Notes: a model not told the origin generated them from the sequence alone. A stretch of DNA of 33,551 bases from Candidatus Woesearchaeota archaeon (GCA_026394935.1 JAPLZR010000042.1:1-33551), one strand, 5' to 3'. Shown: positions 24,565-32,550, counted from the first letter of the stretch. Made by a program: numbers and translations.

Positions 24565-25815
24565 ATGAATATTCAAGACATATTGCCGAAAACAGAAGGA
24601 AAGCACGAATTGTCAAAAGTCAATAAGGTTCTTCTAGATGCTGCAAAATCTCTGGAGCAATTATCAGTATCTCTTTCAAAGATAGATGCACTATTTAAGA
24701 CTGCCAATACGCAGTTTTCTGTTTTTTATGAGAATTTTTATGCTGCCAATTTTCCGCTTCATTTGGGCGCGTCAATTGCGTCCTATGCGGCAAAAAGAAT
24801 CTCAGAGCAGCATGTATCTTCTGCACAAGCCGAGGAAATCAGCAGGCTGCCCTGTATTGTTGATAAACTCGTTAGTGAAAAAAAGCTGGACACCCGAACA
24901 GTTGAGCTATTTTTCACATATTCTCAGGAAGATGTCAATAATCTCCGGCGTTCCGTAAGCGAAATCCCGGAGCACATTGAAAAATTTGGCTCGACAATGA
25001 AGCGTCTTAAGCATTTCTTTGATAAAAAGACCCCGGTTCACGTATACAAGGGGCTTGTCGCAACGCGCGACATAAGATATAACGGCGATTGGAATGAAAT
25101 GATTGCGGACTTGGAGAAAAAATTGGATGCTGATATGGCGCGCCAGGAACCCGAAGAAGCAGCATATAGTCTAAGAAGGTCGATTCTCGAATGCAAGATA
25201 ATACGCAGGTATGAGGACCAGGAAAGGATAAACCTGGCGCAGATTTCAAGAATTTTTGACAGGGTATGTGCTGTTTTGGATTTGGAAAGTTCTGTGGAAT
25301 TGTATAACGATCTTCGCGCAGTCAATCTTCCATCAAATGTTACGATAGCGATGGGTGAGTATTTTGCAGAAAGAGTTCATTCTCTTGAGAGAAGCGAAAT
25401 TGAAGAGCTTATCGGGCTTGTTAAAGTGCGCCTGGATACCGGCGTCTATTCTGCAAAAAATGTGGAGCTTTTCTTCCTTGCAGCGTCTGAAAAGCCAGGG
25501 TGCCGAAATGTTCCTGTTGCATCAATACCGGATTATCTGGAAAAATTTGATAGCTCAATCAAAGAATTGTCCGGCTTCATTGAAGATCACGCTGAATATA
25601 AAGCGTGCGTGGCTGAGCGAAACAGCAATTATCACAGAAGCTGGAGTCGTATGAAAAAATTCCTTGGCGACCAGCTCTCTATTGAGGAGCAAAAACCAGA
25701 GGGCAGCAAAGAACTTTCTGCACTAAAAGAAAAAGTGTCTGTGATAAATTCTATAATGGAAATGGAATCGAAATCCTGCTTGTCTAGTGTATCAAACAGG
25801 CTTTATAGCCGTTGA
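24565..25815 (+). CDS. Hypothetical helical protein with an internal ~125-aa duplication
   Basis: 416-aa ATG ORF with an SD. aa ~55-190 and ~258-385 align by eye (NFPLHLGASIASYAAKRI / NLPSNVTIAMGEYFAERV; TVELFF / NVELFF; SEIPEHIEKFGSTMKRL / ASIPDYLEKFDSSIKEL). Confidence 0.7.
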   Translation: MNIQDILPKTEGKHELSKVNKVLLDAAKSLEQLSVSLSKIDALFKTANTQFSVFYENFYAANFPLHLGASIASYAAKRISEQHVSSAQAEEISRLPCIVDKLVSEKKLDTRTVELFFTYSQEDVNNLRRSVSEIPEHIEKFGSTMKRLKHFFDKKTPVHVYKGLVATRDIRYNGDWNEMIADLEKKLDADMARQEPEEAAYSLRRSILECKIIRRYEDQERINLAQISRIFDRVCAVLDLESSVELYNDLRAVNLPSNVTIAMGEYFAERVHSLERSEIEELIGLVKVRLDTGVYSAKNVELFFLAASEKPGCRNVPVASIPDYLEKFDSSIKELSGFIEDHAEYKACVAERNSNYHRSWSRMKKFLGDQLSIEEQKPEGSKELSALKEKVSVINSIMEMESKSCLSSVSNRLYSR

Positions 25816-25853
25816 AACATAGATTTATAAAGGGGTGTCTTTGAACTTTTAAT

Positions 25854-26147
25854 ATGATGGTAGACCACGATACTGGCAAGGACACGGATGCAATTGAAGC
25901 GCAGCATCTTCTATACGTTGCTAGCCTGCCTCCCGGAACAAGAAGACTTATCAGTCAAAGAATGTCTCTCGGCAGAGGCAGTTGGGAGACTTTGGAAGAA
26001 AAAATACCAAGAGCAAAAAGCCAGATTGAAGAATTAAGAACGTATGAAGCAATTCACGGCGTTGATCTCGATTATTATCTCAAGCGCCATCAGGAAAATT
26101 TAAATCCCAGATTGCCCAATGACTCGACAACAGATACCACTTCATAA
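25854..26147 (+). CDS. Hypothetical small protein
   Basis: 97-aa ATG ORF. Its 3' 58 nt overlap the convergent HAD gene. No motif recognised. Confidence 0.4.
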   Translation: MMVDHDTGKDTDAIEAQHLLYVASLPPGTRRLISQRMSLGRGSWETLEEKIPRAKSQIEELRTYEAIHGVDLDYYLKRHQENLNPRLPNDSTTDTTS

Positions 26148-26782
26148 ACCGCCTTTCTTCTGAAATGATACGTGCCAAACTTTTCATCATGTTCTATGTC
26201 GCGTTCTATGCCGAGAGCTTCAGCGCCTACAAGCAGGGTGTTCATACCTAGTCTTCTTGCTGGCGCGATGTCTGCTCTTTCACTGTCGCCTACAAACATC
26301 AGTTCAAATGGATCACACTTGGATCTTACTATGACTTCATCAAATCCTGACGGCTTTCCACCGCCTTCTTCATTGGTCATCATGTACTTGAACATTGTTA
26401 AATCCACGCCAAGCTTGGAAAGGACAGCGAATAGTTCAGGTCTTGAATCATTTGTGTATATGCTTATATCGAGATTTTTCTGCTTTAAACAAATAAGAGC
26501 CTCATTAAGTAATGGGTCTGGATTAAGCAAGTCAGTAATATCTGCGCCTTGGGCAATATCTGAAGCATCCAAAGCTGAAAGGCCGAACATGTTTTTTATT
26601 GAGGACAGCCTGGTTCCATATTCTTTTCTGCCCTGCTGGAACCTGGTCCTCACTTCACTCTCCGGTCTTTTTAATAAAGCAGAAATTTTTGAGCATACAT
26701 GATTATCTCTTCTGGCAGTTATGTCTGGCGTTAAGGCATAAAGAGTTCCGTTGCAGTCAAACCAGACGTGGTCAAGTTCCAT
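26090..26782 (-). CDS. HAD superfamily hydrolase
   Basis: Motif I variant WFDCNGTLY (D-x-N-G-T), a cap region, motif III region YTNDSR, and motif IV FVGDSERADI are present. Confidence 0.75.
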   Translation of the reverse strand: MELDHVWFDCNGTLYALTPDITARRDNHVCSKISALLKRPESEVRTRFQQGRKEYGTRLSSIKNMFGLSALDASDIAQGADITDLLNPDPLLNEALICLKQKNLDISIYTNDSRPELFAVLSKLGVDLTMFKYMMTNEEGGGKPSGFDEVIVRSKCDPFELMFVGDSERADIAPARRLGMNTLLVGAEALGIERDIEHDEKFGTYHFRRKAVYEVVSVVESLGNLGFKFS

Positions 26783-26893
26783 TTTTAACCCCTCTTTAGT
26801 AGAAATTTTTCTATTTAATATAAAGGTTTGCTATTTCACTGTTAAAAAACAAACAGCATAACCTTTAAAAACCTCTTTCTGATATTATCATGT

Positions 26894-28366
26894 ATGCCGA
26901 CTGAAGAGGAGCTTATTGCTGAGCGCAGGCGTAAAAGGGATGATTTGCTGAAGTTAGGCATTAACCCGTATCCTTACAAGTACTCGCCTTCTCATAAGTC
27001 TGCTGAGCTTCTTGAAAAGTATAAGTCTCTTGCTGTTGAGCAGAGGACTGAAGATTCTGTGAAAATAGCCGGAAGGATTGTTGCGTTGAGGCGTATGGGC
27101 AAGGCGACTTTTATGCACATTTTGGACCAGTTCGGAAAGATTCAGGCTTACTTTAAGTTTGATGATTTGAAGACGTATGATCATTTGAAGCTTTTTGATA
27201 TGGGTGATTTTATTGGTGTTGAAGGCATTGTTTTTAAGACGAAAACAGGTGAAATTAGTGTTTGGGCTAAGAATTTTGAGATGTTGTGCAAGTCGTTGAG
27301 GCCTTTGCCTGAGAAGTGGCATGGTTTGACGGATGTTGAACAGCGTTACAGGAAGCGTCATTTGGACTTGATTATGAATCCCGGGGTTAAGGAGACGTTC
27401 ATCAGGCGCACTAAGATTATTGATTGTATAAGGAAGACTTTGAACGAGAAGGGTTTCTTGGAGGTTGATACTCCTGTTATCCAGCCGATTTATGGCGGTG
27501 CGAGTGCTAAGCCTTTCAGGACTCATTTGAATTCTTTGAAGATGGATGTTTTCTTAAGAATTTCAAATGAATTGTATTTGAAGCGTTTGCTTGTTGGCGG
27601 TTTCGAAAAAATTTACGAGTTTGCAAGGGATTTCCGTAATGAGGATATTGATCGTTCTCATAATCCTGAGTTTACTCAGGTTGAGGTTTATCAGACGTAT
27701 GGTGATTTTAATGATATGAAGGAGCTTGTTATGGACTTGTATGTTGCTTCTGCTAAAGCTATTCATGGTTCTACTAAGTTTGAATATCAGGGTCAGATTA
27801 TTGATGTGAAGAAGCCTTGGCAGGAATATACTATGGTTGAAGCGTTAAAAAAATTCGCAGGGATTGATGCTGACAAGCTGACTATGGATGATATGAATAA
27901 GCTTTGCACTGAGCACGCTATTGAAGTCATGCAGAATCCTACGAAGGGTCATTTGATTCAGGCTATGTTTGAGGAGTTTGTTGAGGATAAGCTTGTCCAG
28001 CCGACTTTAATCACTCATCATCCTATTGAGAGCACTCCTTTGTGCAAGCCTTGCAGGGAGCCTCATTTGAAAGAGCATTTTATTGAGCGTTTTGAGCCGT
28101 TTATTGCTGGCATGGAGATTGCTAATGCGTATTCTGAGCTTAATGATCCTGTTTTGCAGAGAAAATTGCTGGAAGATCAGGCTAGCCAGTTAAGGGCTGG
28201 CAGTGAGGAAGCTCATCCTATGGATGAGGATTTCGTGCAGGCTATTGAGGTTGGCATGCCTCCTACTGGCGGTATTGGTATTGGTATTGACCGTATGATT
28301 ATGATTTTGACTAACAATCCTAGTATTCGGGATGTTTTGTTTTTCCCGTTCATGGGGAAGTTATGA
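26894..28366 (+). CDS. lysS: Lysine--tRNA ligase, class II
   Basis: OB-fold N-domain (GRIVALRRMGKATFMHI), class II motif 2 (FRNEDIDRSHNPEFTQVE) and motif 3 (GIGIGIDRMIMILT) are present. Confidence 0.95.
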   Translation: MPTEEELIAERRRKRDDLLKLGINPYPYKYSPSHKSAELLEKYKSLAVEQRTEDSVKIAGRIVALRRMGKATFMHILDQFGKIQAYFKFDDLKTYDHLKLFDMGDFIGVEGIVFKTKTGEISVWAKNFEMLCKSLRPLPEKWHGLTDVEQRYRKRHLDLIMNPGVKETFIRRTKIIDCIRKTLNEKGFLEVDTPVIQPIYGGASAKPFRTHLNSLKMDVFLRISNELYLKRLLVGGFEKIYEFARDFRNEDIDRSHNPEFTQVEVYQTYGDFNDMKELVMDLYVASAKAIHGSTKFEYQGQIIDVKKPWQEYTMVEALKKFAGIDADKLTMDDMNKLCTEHAIEVMQNPTKGHLIQAMFEEFVEDKLVQPTLITHHPIESTPLCKPCREPHLKEHFIERFEPFIAGMEIANAYSELNDPVLQRKLLEDQASQLRAGSEEAHPMDEDFVQAIEVGMPPTGGIGIGIDRMIMILTNNPSIRDVLFFPFMGKL

Positions 28367-28704
28367 AAACAACCATTGGATTAACAACGAGAGTTGTTAT
28401 TTTTGGAAAAAATGGAAAAAAAGAAGTGATTGCAAGGGTTGATACTGGTGCTACTAAGAGCAGTATTGACAAGTGTTTGGCTAAAGAGCTTGATTTGGGT
28501 CCTGAGTTGAAGCACGCAAAGGTTAAGAGTGCTCATGGTGTTCGTTATAGACCGGTTGTTACTGCTGAGATTCTTATTGCGGGTCAGGCGATGGAGGCAG
28601 AGTTTACTGTTGCTGAGCGTGAGCATATGAAGTATGAGGTGTTGATTGGGCAAAACATTTTAAAGAGGGGTTTCTTGATTGACCCTTCGAAGGAAGTTAG
28701 ATGA
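28363..28704 (+). CDS. Retropepsin-like aspartic peptidase (RimB / 'ATP-dependent zinc protease' family)
   Basis: VDTGATKSSID (DTG motif), a YRPVV...FTVAEREHMKYEVLIGQNIL...FLIDP pattern, and ATGA overlaps with both lysS and the RimK-like gene. Confidence 0.8.
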   Translation: MKTTIGLTTRVVIFGKNGKKEVIARVDTGATKSSIDKCLAKELDLGPELKHAKVKSAHGVRYRPVVTAEILIAGQAMEAEFTVAEREHMKYEVLIGQNILKRGFLIDPSKEVR

Positions 28705-29546
28705 AAGCAGCAATTATCTCGTTGGGTAGTATTTCGTCAAAATGGCTTGTTGATGAGTTGAAAAAGTTTTTTGATGTTGTTGACCATATTGACATTCAGG
28801 AGTTGGAGGTTTCTTTGGGTCAGAAAAAGGCCGAGATTCTTTATAAGGGCAAGCCTTTGCCTAAGTATGACTGTATTTACGCTAAGGGCAGTTTCAGGTA
28901 TGCTGTTCTTTTGCGTGCTTTGACTACTTTGCTTCAAAAGGATACTTATATGCCGTTAAAGCCTGGCAGTTATACTATTGGTCATGATAAGGTTTTGACT
29001 CATTTGAAGTTTCAGGAGTTTGGTGTTCCTCAGCCTACAACGTATATCGCTTCTACTGCTGATGCTGGTAAGAAGATTATCAAGAAGATTCCTTTTCCTG
29101 TTATTATGAAACTGCCTGCCGGCACTCATGGCAAGGGTGTTATGCTTGCTGACAGTCCTGAGAGCGCGAGTTCTATGATTGATGCTCTTGCGTTGTTGAG
29201 ACAGCCTTTCTTGATTCAGGAGTATATTGAGACTGATGGTATTAATTTGTCTCCTGGATTGCAGGGCATTACTAAGGTTACTAAGATTAATGTTGCTTCT
29301 ATTCTTGCTGAGTTCTTGTTTAAGCAGACTAAGGCTTTTAGGGATAAGGGTAAGGAGGAGATTTTGAAGGAGCTTGGCACTGTTCAGGAGATTGAGGGTT
29401 CTATGGACTTCCGTGGCAACAGGATGCTTTTGCCTGAGGTTGTTACTATGTCTTCTAAGATTAAGGAAGGGGATGATGTTGTTATTAAGACTGTTAAGGG
29501 TCGTGTAGAAATTACTAAGACTGCTTCTAAGAAGGAAAAAGAGTAA
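28701..29546 (+). CDS. RimK-family ATP-grasp protein with an apparent internal deletion of the catalytic C-subdomain and an AbrB-like C-terminal tail
   Basis: It aligns by eye with E. coli RimK through FLIQEYIE. It then jumps to INLSPGLQGITKVTKINVA, equivalent to RimK VNASPGLEGIEKTTGIDIA. ~75 aa are missing, including the RSN and Mg ligand region. The tail reads NRMLLPEVVTMSSKIKEGDDVVIKTVKGRVEITK. Confidence 0.7.
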   Translation: MKAAIISLGSISSKWLVDELKKFFDVVDHIDIQELEVSLGQKKAEILYKGKPLPKYDCIYAKGSFRYAVLLRALTTLLQKDTYMPLKPGSYTIGHDKVLTHLKFQEFGVPQPTTYIASTADAGKKIIKKIPFPVIMKLPAGTHGKGVMLADSPESASSMIDALALLRQPFLIQEYIETDGINLSPGLQGITKVTKINVASILAEFLFKQTKAFRDKGKEEILKELGTVQEIEGSMDFRGNRMLLPEVVTMSSKIKEGDDVVIKTVKGRVEITKTASKKEKE

Positions 29547-29612
29547 TAAAAAAACCAATGATGGCAATTTGGGTTTTTTTAAGCCTCCAATTGTGTTTTA
29601 GACCCAATTGGA
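29547..29612. terminator. Two hairpins between convergent genes (A7CC...GGT7; ctccaattg-N11-caattggag)
   Basis: a29547-c29555 pairs with g29571-t29579, giving T-runs on both strands. A 9-bp perfect inverted repeat lies at 29584-29592 / 29604-29612. Confidence 0.5.
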
Positions 29613-29616
29613 GCAA

Positions 29617-30105
29617 TTAGCACTGACCGACTACTACAGTTGTTATTTGTCCGCCGCAGTTGTCTGTGCAGACTTTTTCTGCTGCGTCTCTGTCTGCCGC
29701 GGTTATTCCTTGTTTCAAACAATTGCAGGTGTAGCAGGCTTGTTCTGGTAATTGGTAGTATGCTCTTCCTGCTTGGAATGCTCTTGTTTCTCTTGCAATT
29801 CCTGCTATGCTTCCGCCGTATTCTGCTGGTTTGCTTACTGCAAAGCTTCCTGATGTGAAAACTCCTGCTTGTTGTTCACAGTATGTGAAGCATTTTTGCA
29901 TTTCTTCCTGTGCTTTTGGAATTTCCATGCATCTTTGTTTGCAGTCTTCTATCGGCAGTCCTACTGTCGGCAGGACTCTTGGCGGTTCTCTTGCTTTCAT
30001 TCCTGTAACAGTGCTGGTCGGGATAAAAACAAAGATTGCTCCGATGATTGCAATTGCTAGTACTAGTAGAACAATTGCGGTTTCAGCCTCTCCTCTTTTG
30101 CTCAT
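29617..30105 (-). CDS. Exported Cys-rich protein with a pilin-like (class III-type) signal candidate
   Basis: MSKRGEAETAIVLLVLAIAIIGAIFVF is a short charged head ending in RG, followed by a hydrophobic helix. There are 10 Cys, including two C-x3-C pairs (CKQRC, CFTYC). ttttatatt lies ~21-30 nt upstream of the ATG. Confidence 0.6.
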   Translation of the reverse strand: MSKRGEAETAIVLLVLAIAIIGAIFVFIPTSTVTGMKAREPPRVLPTVGLPIEDCKQRCMEIPKAQEEMQKCFTYCEQQAGVFTSGSFAVSKPAEYGGSIAGIARETRAFQAGRAYYQLPEQACYTCNCLKQGITAADRDAAEKVCTDNCGGQITTVVVGQC

Positions 30106-30142
30106 ACGCAGGGATATCTGAGATTGAATATAAAAAGATTTC

Positions 30143-30424
30143 CTATCTTTCCGGTATCAGTCCTGTGCATCTCCAGTTTATTTCTGCTTTTTTTGTTGTT
30201 GCATCAATGACGCATGTTGGATTGCATCCTTCTTTTTCAATGTTGAGGTCTATCCACCACGTGTTTGTTCCTTCGTTGCAGAAGTGTGTTGTTTTTAGCG
30301 TTCCTTGGCTGCAGTCTCCTGCTTTTGCTATTTGTTGTGCTTCCTGATAGCTCATGCCATTGCACATCTCAGCCGCAGGACTGCACGCAAATAATAAAAA
30401 TAAGACGATTATGGCGTAGTTCAT
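30143..30424 (-). CDS. Small Cys-rich lipoprotein candidate (93 aa)
   Basis: MNYAIIVLFLLFAC has a lipobox-like LFAC, and there are 7 more Cys. Its ATG overlaps the upstream stop (ATGA). Only the 3' part of track ORF 30143..30721 is taken as real. Confidence 0.6.
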   Translation of the reverse strand: MNYAIIVLFLLFACSPAAEMCNGMSYQEAQQIAKAGDCSQGTLKTTHFCNEGTNTWWIDLNIEKEGCNPTCVIDATTKKAEINWRCTGLIPER

Positions 30425-30699
30425 GTTTTCTCGTCTACTTCTTTTTTGCCTTCTTCTAATTCTTGTTCTTGTTGTTTGTCCAGTTTTAATAGCATTGCCT
30501 GGAATTCTCCGACGTGTGTTTTTTCTTCTTTTGCTATGTCCAATAGTATTGTCTTTAATCTTTTGTCGTCTGTCATGGCCGCCATTTGCTCGTATAGGCT
30601 TACTGCGTCGTATTCTGCGATTATTCCTGTTCTTAGTATTTCTTTGTCTATGTCTTCTTTTTTGACTTTGTCGAGTTTTGTTGGTATTGTTGACATCAT
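30421..30699 (-). CDS. EncFtn-like (encapsulated-ferritin family) small ferritin-like protein
   Basis: IIAEYDAVSLYEQ...TDDKRLKTILLDIAKEEKTHVGEF resembles R. rubrum EncFtn EELEAVDWYDQ...TDPELTAILAHNRDEEKEHAAM. An AAGGGTGAT SD precedes ATG 30699; the track start GTG 30708 lies inside the SD. Confidence 0.55.
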   Translation of the reverse strand: MMSTIPTKLDKVKKEDIDKEILRTGIIAEYDAVSLYEQMAAMTDDKRLKTILLDIAKEEKTHVGEFQAMLLKLDKQQEQELEEGKKEVDEKT

Positions 30700-30799
30700 T
30701 GTTATCACCCTTTTGAAACAAGTTTTTCTTTTGTATTTAAATGTTTTCGGAACTTTTTTAAATTAATTCGTTCTACTACTTTTTTTTAAGGTGATTTAA

Positions 30800-31207
30800 A
30801 TGGGTGAAAATGCTATTCTAGAGTTAAGAACGGTTAATCTCAAAAAGGACCTGGAGAAAAGAAGCGCTGAAAGAAGTTCAAACTCATTTCATTGTTTGCT
30901 CACTGCGCTTGTAAGGATGGATAAGGCTCTTGAGAAGATGCTCGAATCAGCGGGCTTTACAAAAGCGCCAAGAACGATGATTCCTTACGGCATATCAGAA
31001 ACTTTCAGCCACGGTGACGGTAGCAGGATTACGCACGTTCTTACTGGTTATGAAGATGCAAAGGAATGGCTTTCTGATAAATACGTTGGGTACGGAAATC
31101 CAGCGACTGTAACGCCTGCGCTTCAAAGTTTGGAGGGCGTATATAGCGAAGCCAGCTTAAGTGTTGAACTGGTGCCTGCACAGCCTGAGCCTGCCAGAAC
31201 TGTTTAA
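30800..31207 (+). CDS. Hypothetical protein, paralog of 31297..31593
   Basis: An SD (aaggtga) is present. The shared pattern is SAGF.K....H.DG.R..H....DK..GYG.P.T......EGVY.E. Confidence 0.55.
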   Translation: MGENAILELRTVNLKKDLEKRSAERSSNSFHCLLTALVRMDKALEKMLESAGFTKAPRTMIPYGISETFSHGDGSRITHVLTGYEDAKEWLSDKYVGYGNPATVTPALQSLEGVYSEASLSVELVPAQPEPARTV

Positions 31208-31296
31208 CTCTCATATTTTTGTCTTTTAACAACCTTTTAATATAACCTGTTTTCTTGGAAATAAACTTGCGAATATAAAAAAAGTGGTGAGTGAAG

Positions 31297-31593
31297 ATGA
31301 ACAGCGATGTAAACTGTAGTTTTGTATATCATGGCAAAATTTTGCCTGTTGAAGAGCTTGTTGTTGAGACTATCAGGAGTGCTGGTTTTAGAAAGACGAA
31401 CAGCATGCCTGTCGGCACGTGCGTGAATACTATTTACGCTCATGATGATGGTGCAAGGCTTGAGCACTGTCGTGTTCAGAGAAATAATTGGGGTTCGGAT
31501 AAGTTTTTGGGTTATGGAACTCCGAACACTCTTGGCGAGGTCATCCGCAGGATAGAGGGGGTTTATGCTGAAGTGGCTAAAAAAAGAAAATAA
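31297..31593 (+). CDS. Hypothetical protein, paralog of 30800..31207
   Basis: A GGTGA SD lies 6 nt before ATG 31297; the track start is GTG 31291. Reads IRSAGFRKT...HDDGARLEH...DKFLGYGTPNT...IEGVYAEV. Confidence 0.55.
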   Translation: MNSDVNCSFVYHGKILPVEELVVETIRSAGFRKTNSMPVGTCVNTIYAHDDGARLEHCRVQRNNWGSDKFLGYGTPNTLGEVIRRIEGVYAEVAKKRK

Positions 31594-31596
31594 GTT

Positions 31597-31800
31597 TTAT
31601 CTGAAAATCATGTTCTTTATCCACGAATAGTGCAGCAGGACGTGAATAAGCACTATTGCGACAAATATCAGGCTTGCGTATACGTGGACGTCTCTCATTC
31701 CTCTGCTTCCGAGCCACATCATTATGCCGGTTGCCGCTGATATCAATAGTGCGATGAACGCTGATACGTTCACGATTAAGAGTAGTTTTGCTTTGTTCAT
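31597..31800 (-). CDS. Small two-TM membrane protein
   Basis: 67 aa with two hydrophobic helices (LLLIVNVSAFIALLISAATGIMMW; VYASLIFVAIVLIHVLLHY). Confidence 0.5.
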   Translation of the reverse strand: MNKAKLLLIVNVSAFIALLISAATGIMMWLGSRGMRDVHVYASLIFVAIVLIHVLLHYSWIKNMIFR

Positions 31801-31832
31801 GGATTGCTGTCTGTTTGCTGTCTTTTTAATAG

Positions 31833-32162
31833 TTATGAATCAGAGAACAAGTCCGGGCATCTTGCTTTTTGAGCGCTCGTTATGGCTTTTTGGTATTCAG
31901 GTCCGTACACCTGCCTTAACTCAGGTGTGGACTGGTCTTCAGCTATTTCTTTATAGTGCAGTCTTGCTTTTTCATATGCTTTATCAAGGCTTTTTTCTAT
32001 GAGGTTTTGTGCTTTTCTTATGTTTCCGTCTTTTATTGCAGTGTACAGCCTGGTCCACCTTTCAAGGTTTGCTATGTTTTTTTCAGCATTTTTTCTTTCC
32101 TGTATGTCTTTTTGAAAGATTTCTTCGTCTAGTTCACGTAAGTATGCGTCTGCTTCGTTCAT
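31833..32162 (-). CDS. Hypothetical helical protein, paralog of 32223..32531
   Basis: It starts MNE. AEKNIANLE aligns with AQKNIERLD, and EYQKAITSAQKA with EYRQAIAKAQKT. Confidence 0.55.
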   Translation of the reverse strand: MNEADAYLRELDEEIFQKDIQERKNAEKNIANLERWTRLYTAIKDGNIRKAQNLIEKSLDKAYEKARLHYKEIAEDQSTPELRQVYGPEYQKAITSAQKARCPDLFSDS

Positions 32163-32180
32163 GTATCTTGGAAAGTTGCA

Positions 32181-32215
32181 CTGTAAGATAAAGAGTTCCT
32201 CAGGAAATTTTGAGT
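32181..32215 (-). promoter_or_regulatory. Conserved upstream 35-mer, copy 1 (ctgtaagataaagagttcctcaggaaattttgagt), TATA-like core
   Basis: 31/35 identical to 32551-32585. It starts 19 nt upstream of the ATG at 32162. On the minus strand it contains CTCTTTATCT ~28 nt before the ATG. Confidence 0.5.
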
Positions 32216-32222
32216 AATAACG

Positions 32223-32531
32223 TCAGGCCTGTGTGTTTGGCTGCACTGTTTTTTGCGCTTTAGCGATTGCCTGCCTGTATTCGCGGATGTAGAATTCAGT
32301 CATCTCATTTGAGTATCTGTTGTTTAACATTGCCTCCAGTCCCTGCCTTGCCGCTTCGCAGGCAAGTTTTAGATATATTCTTGAAAACTTTTCTGCAGTT
32401 TCATAATTTTCTTTTTTGACTGATTCATACAGCTCTATGGCTTCATCCAGTCTTTCGATGTTTTTCTGTGCTCGTGTTTTTGATTCTATGTCTTCATTAT
32501 ACGTTTCTTTGTTCAGGTTTTCTTCGTTCAT
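32223..32531 (-). CDS. Hypothetical helical protein, paralog of 31833..32162
   Basis: Same shared blocks as 31833..32162, and the same conserved upstream 35-mer. Confidence 0.55.
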   Translation of the reverse strand: MNEENLNKETYNEDIESKTRAQKNIERLDEAIELYESVKKENYETAEKFSRIYLKLACEAARQGLEAMLNNRYSNEMTEFYIREYRQAIAKAQKTVQPNTQA

Positions 32532-32550
32532 AATACAACTGTAACTGAAC

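Noticed and set aside
30425-30721. The 5' half of the 192-aa track ORF 30143..30721, an extremely Arg/Lys-rich sequence.
   Set aside because: It is an out-of-frame reading of the Glu/Lys-rich EncFtn-like gene on the same strand. Only the part from ATG 30424 (MNYAIIV...) has signal/lipobox features and start-stop coupling.
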